Source: an uncultured Phycisphaerales bacterium (GTDB lineage: Bacteria; Planctomycetota; Phycisphaerae; Tepidisphaerales; Tepidisphaeraceae). From it: a stretch of 64,000 nucleotides of DNA. How positions within the stretch are numbered: position 1 is the first letter of the stretch; every line of letters begins with the position of its first letter. The position numbers were made by a program, and so were the translations under genes. The DNA lies in assembly GCA_963755915.1 (NCBI GenBank), contig CAVWLP010000002.1, forward strand, positions 1,568,001-1,632,000, written 5' to 3'. Under the pieces are notes generated by a model, which searched no databases, was not told where the DNA came from, and worked only from the letters and a program-made list of their open reading frames with translations. Positions 1-10,547 of the stretch are shown here, in pieces.

Positions 1-1169
1 ACCGCGGATCTCATCATAGCTGACGGCTCCGGCGTCACGGAGAAGGCCATCGCGAACGGTCCGCCGGCCGGCGGCAGCCACGACCCGCTGATCTTGGCAG
101 CGACGGCGGAACTCTTCGGCCAATTCCGCCAACGATCTTCCCAGCAGCGGGGGGGTCTCCTTGCCTTCGGCGACCCGACGGCGGTGGAATAGCAGGCCAA
201 AACGGTTAGTTCGGCCGATCAACCCGCGCAAAGCGGGAAGGAGTGGTAGCCGCTTATCTCGTTTACCCTTGGTCTTGTACGCCAATTCCGGAAGATTGAG
301 CACCTTCAGCCATCCATCATCCATGTGTTCTGCGAATAGGAACACAGGTTCGGCGGCGCAGAGCCGAGAAAAAGGATTGGGGCTAGCAGCCGCAGCTGGT
401 GCGCATCGGCGTATTTCAGCATCTTGACCGCCATGTCGATCGATATATCCGGCTCGCCGAACGGATCGACTGACAAAACCCGATTTGAACCCGCTTGCCG
501 GAATGGATAGCGGAAACCTTCGGGAAGTTGTGCGCCTCGATCGGGATCGGCCGCCCATGCGTACATCGCCCGTGCCGCGCCCATTACGTTGCTGGGGTCC
601 TTTAGTGGATACTGTGTAGAAGATGTGGCGGCGCAATTTTGGGACGGAGTCACCAGGAACGCCCGCAGCTGCTGCGCAAAGACGCGATCAACACCGACAA
701 CGAAACGATAGCCATGGGCGATCCGACGCTGGGCTGCAAATTTTCGGTAGTGCGAAAGGGCGGAAGCGATTCTTCGGACGCTTGAGGGTTCAATCTCACC
801 GGCATTAGCCCGCAAGTCCAAGTCGGCCAGAAAGCGGTTCACCAGTTGGTCATGTCCGATTTTTCCGCTCCTGTGGCCGGACGCGCTGAAGTGCTCGAGG
901 CGCCGTTCAATCTCCCGGGCGCGGGCGATCGCCGAGATCAGATCCCCGACGATCGACTCGGCGACGTTTTTCCTCTGCTTCGGTTCCCACCACTGCAAAA
1001 GCCAGTGATCGCGCCGCCAGTAGATTCTTACCCGCCTCGGTGGGTCGATACCCGGCGGCCAATTTGTGATCCGCCGCATCCGATGGCGCTCCCCATATCG
1101 GTTGGTCCAGGTCCTTAGAGATCCGTCGCCACCAGGTGAGGATTTAGGTACCGGAATAATCTCGTTCAC
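1..1169 (-). CDS. Divergent tyrosine recombinase/integrase-like protein, frameshifted near 360, runs off the left edge
   Basis: ORF 306..1169 ends ...LLAPILFLG; a frame change near 360 continues (R)AAEPVFLFAEHMDDGWLKVLNLPELAYKTKGKRDKRLPLLP, matching the G-x-R-x-x-E and KTK..R.LPL segments of tyrosine recombinases; frame stays open to base 1. Confidence 0.6.
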
Positions 1170-1421
1170 GCTACACCTTGGATCAGACCGGATTCCGCTG
1201 TTGGCGATGCTTCCAATGGCATACCATTGGCTCTGACGACGAGATCGTTCATCGCAGCTTGCCCTGACAAATGAGGTGGGTATGGTTCCCCTTTTCGGGA
1301 ACGCAAAGCCCTTCCATCAACCGTGTAGGCAATTGCGCAAAGGTTTTTCGTGGTATTCATCCTTGGTCGTGCTGGAGCGACGCGAAGTTGAGGCGACTGT
1401 AAGACTTTGCTATGAAAGGAA

Positions 1422-2539
1422 TTGTCTGTGTCAGAGCTATCCGCGGTGGAGTTACGGGTCGACGATCAAACTTTTCAGTTTGAGATCAACACGAAATACG
1501 TGCAGATGGGCTCGGTGCCGATAAAGCAGGTTTGGATGGACACCCGGACCCTCTACAATCCGCGGCCGGGAACATCCGGAAACTCGATGGCGATCGTCGA
1601 CTGCTTCTGGGCTTTGTGCCGGCAAGGCGGCACAACCGGCGATCCGAGCGTCCAGGAAAGCTACCTTCTGGCGCGGCTGCTGCCGTACAGTCGCCAGTAC
1701 GGCGCTCGGCGGATTGTGCCTGACAGCCGCTTCGGGCATGGGGGCAAAGGTTTATACGATCCAACGCCGAAGGGGGCGGTGGGGAAATTGGAGGCGATGC
1801 TTGTCGAAGAGCGGACAAACGTCTGCGATGCGGAAACGTTTCGACAAAAGACCGCTGATATTCTTGGGGTTCCGAGACTCGACGAGTCGACACAGCGATT
1901 TTACGCCGAGTTTTGCGAGAATCTTTTTGAATTGCCTCGCCGCCTGCTGGCGAGCGGCGATACGAAGGGTGCGGTAAGCTCGCTCCTGCAAAAGTGGGAA
2001 TCGGCGATGCGGGTCTGGGGGCGCGGCGCGGTAAAGCCGAGGAGAAGCGGGTGCTTGACGTCCTCAGCTACGAGTGCCGGGCAGCATTTCATCGTTGCTA
2101 CTCGGCAGTCTGGTTGGAGTTGCTGCGAGAGAACGGGCCGCTGCAATCTGGCCACGGCCTGGGTGTTCCGGACATGTGCTTCCTATGCCTGTGGCACCTG
2201 GACCACAACTGGTCCTCCGGTAGATCTGACGCGAACTGTCACCTTTTCCACGGGCATATTCCGAGCTTGCACCCCGCGTTCAGCTTGCTGGTTCAGACGC
2301 AGGCCGGAAGGGAACTCATAGGCAATTACATCTCATGCGAGCCCGAAGCAAAACGGCTCGAAGCGTTCGCAAAGTTGCTGCACGCCGCACTATTGGCAGT
2401 TTATATATATATGGACAAGAGAGAGCTGCTTGCAGAAGAGCGGCGATCTGCGCTTCCGATGGATCCCGAGCAGTTGGAGCGCTTGAAAGAAGAGCGGGTT
2501 GATCGGCATAAAGGAAAGACGCGGCACGGGCGAAAATAG
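1422..2539 (+). CDS. Hypothetical protein (~370 aa), frameshifted in a G-run near 2020
   Basis: ORF 1422..2321 is protein-like up to ...WESAMRVWG; ORF 1994..2539 continues RRGKAEEKRVLDVLSYECRAAF...; putative RBS (aaagga) before the start. Confidence 0.5.
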
Positions 2540-2574
2540 TTGATGTAGTTGTAACGGACGTTGCTCATTTCGCA

Positions 2575-4163
2575 TCGGATAACTGATATCTGAAAAAACA
2601 GAAACCCGTCAAGTGCGCGGACCAACTCGGTTCACTTGGCTGTATAACCGCCATCAACCGCGATATTCGTCCCCGTGATATACGCCGACGCGTCCGATGC
2701 AAGGAAAACCACAGCCCCCGCCAGATCCGTATCATTAGCCATACGGCCCAGAAAAGTCCTGCGGGAATACCGCTCCACAAAAACCGGATCCTGCCCAGCC
2801 AGAAAACCGCCCGGGCTGATCGCATTGACCCGCACTCCCCGCGGCCCGAGCTTGGCCGCCGCAAACCGCGTCAGTTGCAACAGCCCCCCCTTATGAAAGA
2901 AGTAATCGGGCGGCGTCTCCCAGCCCAATTCCTCATAAAGCGTGAAGTCGGGCCCTACCGAGCCCTGAATCGAGCTGACATTGATGATGCTCCCCCGCCC
3001 GCGCTGCGCCATGTGATCGCCGAAGATTCGCGTCATCATGAACAGCCCCGTCGCGTTGACCGCCATACTTTTTGCGAAATCCGCGCTCGGCGAAGCCCAA
3101 TCTTTCATCGTTCTCAGAACCGCATTGTTCACCAGTACGTCAACCCCTCCCGCCTGGCGCACGATAAAGTCCAGCGTTTCCTGAATTGATGCTTCCTCCG
3201 CCTGGTCCAACCGGAGCGCTTCGGCGCGGAGTCCTTCTTTTGCGAACTGATCGGCAAGCTGCCGCAAGCCGTGCACGTTTCGGCTGGCCATATAAAGTGT
3301 CGCCGCCGCCTGCCCCAATGCCCGCGCGATTTGCCTGCCGAACAGTCCCGCCGCGCCGGTCACCAGAGCAACTTTTCCATCGAGCCGAAAGGAGTCCATC
3401 ACTGTCATTGCAACTCCTCAAAAGGAAACAGCGGGCGTCGCCGTTGCTTAAATGGTAGCCGCGCCATGTTCGCCGTCGTCACACCGGGCGTGTCCACGCG
3501 GATAAACGTCCGGCACACTGGCGAATACGCCGCGATTGGCGCATTAACGCCTTTTGCAACCAGAACCGAAAATTTCTCCGGCTCAATCCCGCACGATGTC
3601 AATTGATTCAAGCTAAAAGGCGGCGTGCGCTGTGAGTGCACCAGCAAAGTTAACGACTCCCATTCAATCACCGCGGTCTTACCCATATCAAAGCGCCCCT
3701 GCCCACCGTGGCGAATCTGGTTTTCGTGAAATACTCCATCGTGAAGACTTCGAACGCGTCCTTTGACCGGTAACGGCTCGCCGTGCATTTTGTTGTTCTT
3801 TCCCCCGACAAACCCTTCAAACATCGCGCCCGTGCCCAGAGAGATCGCCGCCTTGGCCGCGTCCGCATCGCAAATCGCAACAAAGCTATGTTCAAACCTG
3901 CGCCGTTGCAGAGCGTGCGCTATGATCGTCCCATCCCCTGGTGAGCCGCCGCCGACGTTGTCTCCCAAATCCAGAAGGCATACGGGCTTTTCAGATCGCG
4001 TTGCAATGTCGATTGCTTCTTCGACGTTCGGCAAATGGGCGACGAAATCCTGTCGATATGAGACGAGATAATCGCCTAACTGATCTGCCAAGCGGCCTGC
4101 CTGCTCGTGATCGTTGTTCGTCACGGCGACAAAACTTGAACCCATTTCTTGCACGTCGGCATA
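2575..4163. repeat. Direct repeat copy 1 (~1.59 kb) of 44203..45790
   Basis: Identity runs from tcggataactgatatctg to gcacgtcggcata; differences seen are a 1-nt indel (near 3222 vs 44849) and a synonymous SNP (3921 vs 45548). Confidence 0.95.
2632..3408 (-). CDS. SDR family oxidoreductase (intact duplicate copy)
   Basis: TGAAGLFG Rossmann motif, LVNNA, YFFHK (YxxxK), VNAISPGG, VDGGY. Confidence 0.9.
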   Translation of the reverse strand: MTVMDSFRLDGKVALVTGAAGLFGRQIARALGQAAATLYMASRNVHGLRQLADQFAKEGLRAEALRLDQAEEASIQETLDFIVRQAGGVDVLVNNAVLRTMKDWASPSADFAKSMAVNATGLFMMTRIFGDHMAQRGRGSIINVSSIQGSVGPDFTLYEELGWETPPDYFFHKGGLLQLTRFAAAKLGPRGVRVNAISPGGFLAGQDPVFVERYSRRTFLGRMANDTDLAGAVVFLASDASAYITGTNIAVDGGYTAK

Positions 4164-4170
4164 CGGAAAT
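3405..4170 (-). pseudogene. 5'-truncated duplicate of the MlrC/M81 gene (C-terminal half only)
   Basis: Identical to the C-terminal half of 45032..46498; N-terminal half replaced by the IS66 fragment. Confidence 0.85.
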
Positions 4171-4573
4171 ACCCAGCGACGGGAAGCCGATCATGCTATC
4201 GCCTCCAGTGTGCGGACTAGATCCATCAGCAGATCGGGGTCAAATCCACGCCGCACCAGCAGGCGACGCTCGCCATTGAGGCGAATCTCGATAGCTTCAG
4301 ACGCCGAGGTTTTCGGAGGCTTCACCTCGACGAACACAGGCGTCAGCGAACGATTCGGCTTCGCCGGCGAGCGCAATCGCCGTTTCCAGGCATAGAAGGC
4401 GCTGTCTTTGATTCCGCGATCGCGACAATAGGCTGTCACGGTCAGCCCGCTGGGCCGCTGCCCGTCGATGATCTGCCGCCATTCTTCGGGACCAGGGCGA
4501 TGTGATTTGTTCATGCCGCGTCAGTGTGCCGGCGGTACGCCGAAGAAAAAAGATGTGGTTGGTGTATCGCACA
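4170..4573 (-). mobile_element. Truncated IS66 left end (tnpA plus the first codons of tnpB)
   Basis: tnpA intact; tnpB cut after ~8 codons; upstream GTGTGCGATACACCAACCACATCTTT is a degenerate IS66-like terminus. Confidence 0.65.
4191..4514 (-). CDS. tnpA: IS66 family accessory protein TnpA (HTH)
   Basis: WRQIIDGQRPSGLTVTAYCRDRGIKDSAFYAWKRRL...FVEV...IEIRL, typical of IS66 TnpA; followed by an overlapping ATG (MIGFPSLG) resembling a TnpB start. Confidence 0.85.
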   Translation of the reverse strand: MNKSHRPGPEEWRQIIDGQRPSGLTVTAYCRDRGIKDSAFYAWKRRLRSPAKPNRSLTPVFVEVKPPKTSASEAIEIRLNGERRLLVRRGFDPDLLMDLVRTLEAIA

Positions 4574-4648
4574 CCTGGTGTCCAACGCCTGCATTACGTC
4601 GGTAATGGACGACTCAAAATTAAGACTCGATCCGTTACGGCTTATTAG

Positions 4649-5096
4649 CTAAAGCGCGGCGCCATATTTTGCTCCGGTCTGCTCTACGTTTGTCCAGGTT
4701 TTCTCAACATCGGCGTCGGTGAGGATGCGAGCCTTTCCTTCGTCGGGTTCACCTTCGATATAGTTTTCCAGTCTTTGGAGGAGCCCTCGGTAAACGTATC
4801 CGGTAACTCGCGATAGGCTGCGCCGACCTCGCGCCATGCCCGCATGTGTTCTCGGTACGCCACTCGGAAATCGGCCGGGCAATCTGACATGTTGAGTTTC
4901 TCCAAGTCGTCACAGTATTGATCAACGGCCTGGGCCATGACTGATGGGGGAGGGTTCTTTGCAAAAGCGAGCTGTGGATTTGCTCATACAGTTCCGAATC
5001 AGCACGCATAATCCGAATTATGTCTTCTTTAGTGCGATCGGATGCGAAAGTCCGACAGAATAATTCGATGACGCCAACAAGGAGCAGGATCGCCAC
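4649..5096 (-). CDS. Hypothetical membrane-anchored helical protein split by two frameshifts; true start may lie further upstream
   Basis: ORFs 4749..5096 (hydrophobic N-terminus), 4684..4938 (CPADFRVAYREHMRAWREV) and 4649..4882 (C-terminus) join into one plausible protein. Confidence 0.4.
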
Positions 5097-5780
5097 GCTG
5101 GCGAGGCCATAACGCGCTCCGCGGTTTTGGATCCAGTTTGGAGAACCGAACTAAACCGGACGGTTAGGACAAAAACCTGTCGCGCGGCTAAAGACCGCGG
5201 GCACCGATGTCGATCTGGATTTGGAATGGAGGACGGCGGAGCGCGTTAGGATGGTTGAAGGGCTCCCCCCAGGGACCCCCGTGCGAGAAAAAAGTTGTCT
5301 TCCATTGAGAAGATACTTATCAAACTCACATGGGGCTAGTTCTTTCCAAGGAATATTGCCAGTTCGAGTCGATTTTGCCCAGCTTGTCAAATAATACATT
5401 TGCAATGATTATCCGTACATTTATCGAGGCGATATTTAAAAGACGATCTTTTATTAAGGAATTGCGATTAACAAGAGAGATATATCGGACAAAAATCTGT
5501 AAATAATCGATTACAAGCCTAGAACCCGGTATGAACCAGTTCGATCCCGATCAAGAATAATTGCGCCATCGACCAAACAATTGAACCATCATTGACTTTT
5601 TGTGCGTATTGTTTTGGATTTTTCTTGACGGGCAATGAGCAAAAGGTATGGTTGTGCGGATAAATCGCTCCGGTGAATTGGTAACCAACTGTCGCAGAAA
5701 ACTGGCTTGCTTTCTAGTGGTGTGAAACCTGAGATTGCCAATTGATTTGGTGATTGGCCCCACATTTAAGAAGGTGGAAA

Positions 5781-7616
5781 ATGCGATCTCGCTTGGTGCG
5801 AATTAGTTTACCTCTATTTACTGGTACATGTTGCTCGGTGGCGGGTGCTTCCCAAGTCTGGCAGTATAATTTCAGCTCGGGGACCAATGGAGTAACACAA
5901 TATCAAACGGGCCCCAATCAGATGGTTGGACCGGCCGGCCCTGCCAACAACAACCAGTTGCAGATTACCACGATTGATAACGGTTCGGAATCGCCGTACG
6001 TGCCCAGCCGGGCGGGTGAACCGCTGGGCTCCACTGTCTTGTCATCCAGCGATTCGTACAGCGGACTCGTAGATTTTACGTGGGCAAGCACGAACAACGT
6101 GACCGGAACCAGCGATACCGAATTCGATTGGTTCGGGTTCATGGGATCCAACGCTCCGGCCACCACGTACCAGACTCGGCAGATTTCCGGCGTGGCACTG
6201 GAGCATTGGTATGACAACGGAGATTACTACGTTTCGATGCTTCCCGAATTCGCATCTGTTGGAATCACCGACGTCGCGGAAATCCGCGGGCTGGCTTCAG
6301 TTGATCTTGGTCCGACGATTCCGTCGGATATGCAGATTGTGGTGAGTTGGAACGCGGCGACGGAGACGGTGGACGACGCGTTTTATGTCGGTGGAACCGT
6401 GATGATTCAGGGAAGCGCTAACATTGACAACATGTACGGTGCGCATCCTCCGTCCTATGATCAGCCTCCATACCCGCAGGACGAGATCAATAATCAAAAC
6501 CTGACCTACCTCGGCTGGCAGGATTACACAGGCAACGGCAACGATCTGGAAACCGTTTGGGAAGTGAACTCCCTGGCCTACTGGAACGATCCCAACGGAG
6601 CGTTTAACGCCCTCGCCGGCAGCAGCGCGTTGACGTGGAACAATTCCGGTGGAACCGGTGATGGAATGACCTGGGACACAACAAATCAGAATTGGAACAA
6701 CGGAACCGCTGCCACAACGTATTCTGATGGCTCCAGCGTGGTCTTCAACGACAGCAACAGCGGGAATTATGCGGTAACGCTCAACACGACGGTCAGCCCC
6801 GCATCCGTCACCTTCGACAACAGCTCCGGCAATTACACCGTTACCGGCAGCGGCAAAATCGCCGACGCCGGCGCCTTCGTCATGGCCGGCAACGATACCG
6901 TCACCCTCGGCGTCGCCCTCTCCGCTCCCAGCGTCACCATCAGCAGCGGAACCGTCAAGCTCGCCTCCGGCGTCTCCGGCGGCACCGGGCCTTCCGTTAA
7001 CAGCGCCATTGATCTCGGCTCCCTCACCATCAGCGGCAATGGCACGCTCGATATCAATAACGACCACATCATCATCTCTTACGGCGCCAGCGATCCGATG
7101 TCGACTATCATTGGATACCTCCAATCCGGCTACAACAACGGAAACTGGAACGGGCCGGGCATCATCTCCTCCGAAGCCCGAACGCCCACCAACGGCCATG
7201 CCTACGGCATCGGATTCGCCGATGGCGCTGACAACGTTGTTAAGGGATTGTCCTCCGGACAAATTGAAGTCGCCTACACCCTGCTGGGCGATGCCAATCT
7301 TGACGGAGCGGTCAACGGCAGCGATTTCAGCATCCTTGCCGCCAACTTCGGTCTGGGCCACACCAACTGGGACCAGGGCAACTTCCTCTTCGGAAGCTCG
7401 GTCAACGGCAGTGACTTCAGCGCCCTGGCGGCCAATTTCGGACAGGGCGACAACGGCGCCGCCGTCACCGTCACTCCGGCCGACTATGCCGCACTCGACG
7501 CCTTCGCCGCTGCTAACGGGCTGCTCGCCGATGTGCCGGAACCGGGATCCATTGGACTTGGTATCCTGGGTGTGACGGGCATTTTAGCGCGGCGACGGCA
7601 GCGATCGAGCAAATGA
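5781..7616 (+). CDS. PEP-CTERM surface protein 1 (unknown N-terminal domain A + beta-strand stalk + dockerin-like repeats)
   Basis: Signal peptide; GDANLDGAVNGSDFSILAANFG dockerin-like repeats; C-terminal VPEPGSIGLGILGVTGILARRRQR. Confidence 0.9.
   Translation: MRSRLVRISLPLFTGTCCSVAGASQVWQYNFSSGTNGVTQYQTGPNQMVGPAGPANNNQLQITTIDNGSESPYVPSRAGEPLGSTVLSSSDSYSGLVDFTWASTNNVTGTSDTEFDWFGFMGSNAPATTYQTRQISGVALEHWYDNGDYYVSMLPEFASVGITDVAEIRGLASVDLGPTIPSDMQIVVSWNAATETVDDAFYVGGTVMIQGSANIDNMYGAHPPSYDQPPYPQDEINNQNLTYLGWQDYTGNGNDLETVWEVNSLAYWNDPNGAFNALAGSSALTWNNSGGTGDGMTWDTTNQNWNNGTAATTYSDGSSVVFNDSNSGNYAVTLNTTVSPASVTFDNSSGNYTVTGSGKIADAGAFVMAGNDTVTLGVALSAPSVTISSGTVKLASGVSGGTGPSVNSAIDLGSLTISGNGTLDINNDHIIISYGASDPMSTIIGYLQSGYNNGNWNGPGIISSEARTPTNGHAYGIGFADGADNVVKGLSSGQIEVAYTLLGDANLDGAVNGSDFSILAANFGLGHTNWDQGNFLFGSSVNGSDFSALAANFGQGDNGAAVTVTPADYAALDAFAAANGLLADVPEPGSIGLGILGVTGILARRRQRSSK
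6741..7528. repeat. ~788-bp direct repeat copy 1 (PEP-CTERM stalk/dockerin module)
   Basis: Matches 11488..12275 at offset 4747; the ORF-track translations in several frames are identical across the interval. Confidence 0.95.
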
Positions 7617-7647
7617 ATATCAAATAAAATTATTCAACCGCGGCTCG

Positions 7648-7676
7648 AACCCCAGCGCCAAGGCTGGGGTTTTTTT
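7648..7676 (+). terminator. Rho-independent terminator
   Basis: aaccccagc-gccaag-gctggggtt hairpin followed by a T-run, ~30 nt after the stop codon. Confidence 0.85.
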
Positions 7677-7929
7677 GTACGCAAATCTGAATCGAACCAA
7701 TCGATGCGCAGGGGCACATGGGAAACGAAGAGACAAAAGAAATTCTAACGCCAACGGCGATTCACTGGTCGCCCGCCACGTCGCCGGTATTTGTGTCTCC
7801 GATTCTCTTTGTACTCATTGGCAAACAATTTGATTCGCCTATGTCGCTTCGTTGGAAACGGATGGCACAAACTGCCGCTACTATTTCGTCAATTTACGGC
7901 GTGTTTGTAAGAAAATGACCGGAATTCAG

Positions 7930-7964
7930 TTGAACTAAAAAAACAATGTATTATTATCAGTACA
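7930..7964 (+). promoter_or_regulatory. Candidate sigma70 promoter with overlapping GntR-type operator
   Basis: TTGAAC (7930), TATTAT (7952); TGTATTATTATCAGTACA (7947..7964) resembles 21101..21118. Confidence 0.45.
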
Positions 7965-8049
7965 ATCTTGCGCTCGGCAGAATATTTTTGATCAACCGCC
8001 GCCTGAATTTGTTAGCTCGACTCAAGGATTTAATCGGAGAGGGATCCTG

Positions 8050-10547
8050 ATGTCAAAAAATTTGGCTGGGCGCCAAAGTAAGCTTGCGGGATTTCGGGGG
8101 CTTCGCAGAACGCGCGTGCTCTCTGCGGCGATTGCTGCACTGGCGCTACCGATGCTGAGCCATCGGGCGCTGGGCCAGATGACGTGGGGCGGTCAGACAT
8201 GGGACGGAGGCTTCGATGGCATCAACAGCGCCGCGGATGACGTTCCCAATTATCTTCGCTGGGACAGTGCAATCGATGACGACTGGGACGAACCCAACGA
8301 TACATTCCAGCTCAATACCCCGACGGTCGGTTACATGACCGTGGATCGCGTAGCGAACGCGGAGGAGGGGGTAACAGATCTGAACGGCAACATCTGGATT
8401 CGCGATCCAATTCTGTCGCACGCCGACGGTTTCACGATGGAGGTGACCGTCAAGATAAATCCGGATAGCGATGCGAATGCGTTTTCGATGACGTATTTGG
8501 ATCAGGACGGTTCCTTCGGAGTCCAACTATCGCCTGATGCAATCAAGGTTGGAGGTTTGGCGCCAACGGATCCGGGAACCACGGTCACCTATAACACGAC
8601 GGATGATTTTAACACCTATTGGATGGAGCAGCTTCCCAACAGCCATACGGTTCTTCTGTATGTCAATGGGGTGCTCGTGGATCAAGGACAGGGCACCTCC
8701 GCTTATGCAGTGGGATCGAACGTCGATCTGCAATATCCGCGCGTTCTGATCGGCGACAATTCGGTGCCTCGACGACGAATGCGGATTACGTGCTGGAGAA
8801 CGTGTATTACCGGCGTGGGGCCACGGCGCCGGGAAAGCCGCAGGAGAGTTTTCCGGCGCGCGTCCTGCCGGCGGCACCTACGCCGGCGGTCAACGAAACC
8901 TGGAACACGGGCTTTCTGGGATCGAGCGGAAATCCCGCCAATTCGGGCTGGGAAGTGGCCGGCGGCGGAAGCTATACACTGGAGCCCAACGGCTCGACGC
9001 GGCTTCAGGGCGATACCAATGCGATGATCAACAGTCCAACCGACTGGACCAACATGACCGCGCTCACGCTGGAGATCAGTTGCAAGGTCATGCCGGACAG
9101 TCAGGAGAACGGTTTTCAATTGGTCGCCAACGACACCTTCGGAGACATGGCCCTGGTGCTGTCGCCGGATAAAGTCACCCTGGAAGAGGCCTATTCATTT
9201 GTCGGCCAGGCTTCGGTGGAGATGAACACGACGAACGAGTTCCATACGTATCGATTGACCCGCGGCGCGGACGGTTTGTATTGGGACCTTTACGTCGACA
9301 ACAATCCAAATCCGGTCATCGTCGATCAAAAATCGGGCGGAGAGGAGATCAGCACCAGCCGCATCTGGTTCGGCGATATCGATTTTCCTGACCCGGGAAA
9401 CACCCCCGATGTGGAGATTAACTACATTCGCTGGCATGAAGGGGCCAATGCCCCTGCGGAAGCCGCAGTAGGCCCCGTTTTCTGGGACGACTCCGGCGGT
9501 TCCGGCGATGGCCAGACGTGGGATGTAAATAACAATCTTAACTGGGATAACGGGACGAACGCCACCACCTATCTTGATGGCGATGCGGTGACTTTCAACG
9601 ATACCAACAATGGAAGTTACGCGGTCACACTAAACACGACCGTGACTCCCGCATCGGTGACGGTCAACAACAGCCTAGGCGATTACACGATCAGCGGCAG
9701 TGGAAGCATAACCGGCAGCGGCAGCTTTACGAAATCGGGAACCCGCAGCCTGACGCTTTCAACGGTCAACATCTATACTGGAGGGACGAGGGTCAGCGGT
9801 GGCACGCTGCTGGAGGCGATAAGCGGCGCCTTGCCCGCCAACTCCGCGGTGACAGTGAACGGCACCGGCGATCTGGTGCTGGGTTCGAACACGGGCGTGC
9901 AGCTTCTGTCATCGCTGGGCGTCTCGGGAAATGGGCAGTTCGACATCAACAGCAATGAAGTCATCATCAGCTATGGTTCGTCCGACCCGATCGCCACGAT
10001 CGCCGGTTACATCGCATCGGGCTACAACAACGGCCACTGGACCGGTCCCGGGATTATTTCGTCCGCGGCGCAGCAGCGGTACAACGGGCTCTATTATGGC
10101 GTAGGGTATGCCGACGGAGCGGATGGCGTGGTTGCGGGACTTTCTTCCGGACAGATCGAACTGAAATTTACGCTGTACGGCGATGCGAACCTTGACGGCG
10201 TTGTCAACGGCACTGATTTCAGCATCCTGGCCTCAAACTTCGGCCAAGGTGATAATGGCTGGGACCAGGGCGATTTTGACTACGGGGGCGTGGTTAACGG
10301 CAGCGATTTTGCCTTGCTAGCGGCCAACTTCGGTCAAGGCGACGACATTGCCGCCGGGGTAACCGCCGCCGACTGGACCGCTTTAGATGCCTTCGCGGCG
10401 GCCAATGGATTGATCGCCGATGTTCCGGAACCTTCCTCTGCTGGATTGTTGACCCTGAGCGTAATCGGAATATTGGCCAAACGGCGACGAAACTTGGCGA
10501 CGTCTGCCCCGCGGACTGTGGAAAGGCACCATGTGCAGCAAAGGTAA
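8050..10547 (+). CDS. PEP-CTERM surface protein 2 (tandem ConA/LamG-like domains, autotransporter-associated beta-strand repeat, dockerin-like repeats); frameshift near 8765
   Basis: ORFs 8050..9027 and 8619..10547 join at ...VLIGDNS/GASTTNADY; FTKSGTRSLTLSTVNIYTGGTRVSGGTL repeat; GDANLDGVVNGTDF; VPEPSSAGLLTLSVIGILAKRRR. Confidence 0.85.

Noticed and set aside
1280-1330. c-di-GMP-I riboswitch (gggaacgcaaagcc); also ggcaaac at ~58147
   Set aside because: Only one conserved fragment at each site; GNRA tetraloop/receptor architecture not found
1166-1360. 64-aa ORF upstream of the integrase as a possible excisionase
   Set aside because: No HTH or other motif recognisable; cannot be supported
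5151-5405. Possible N-terminal part of the 4649..5096 gene
   Set aside because: No consistent reading frame or domain could be reconstructed
6297-7361. 354-aa and 364-aa (11014..12108) minus-strand ORFs and other long antisense ORFs
   Set aside because: Shadow frames of GC-rich PEP-CTERM and enzyme genes with no recognisable motifs
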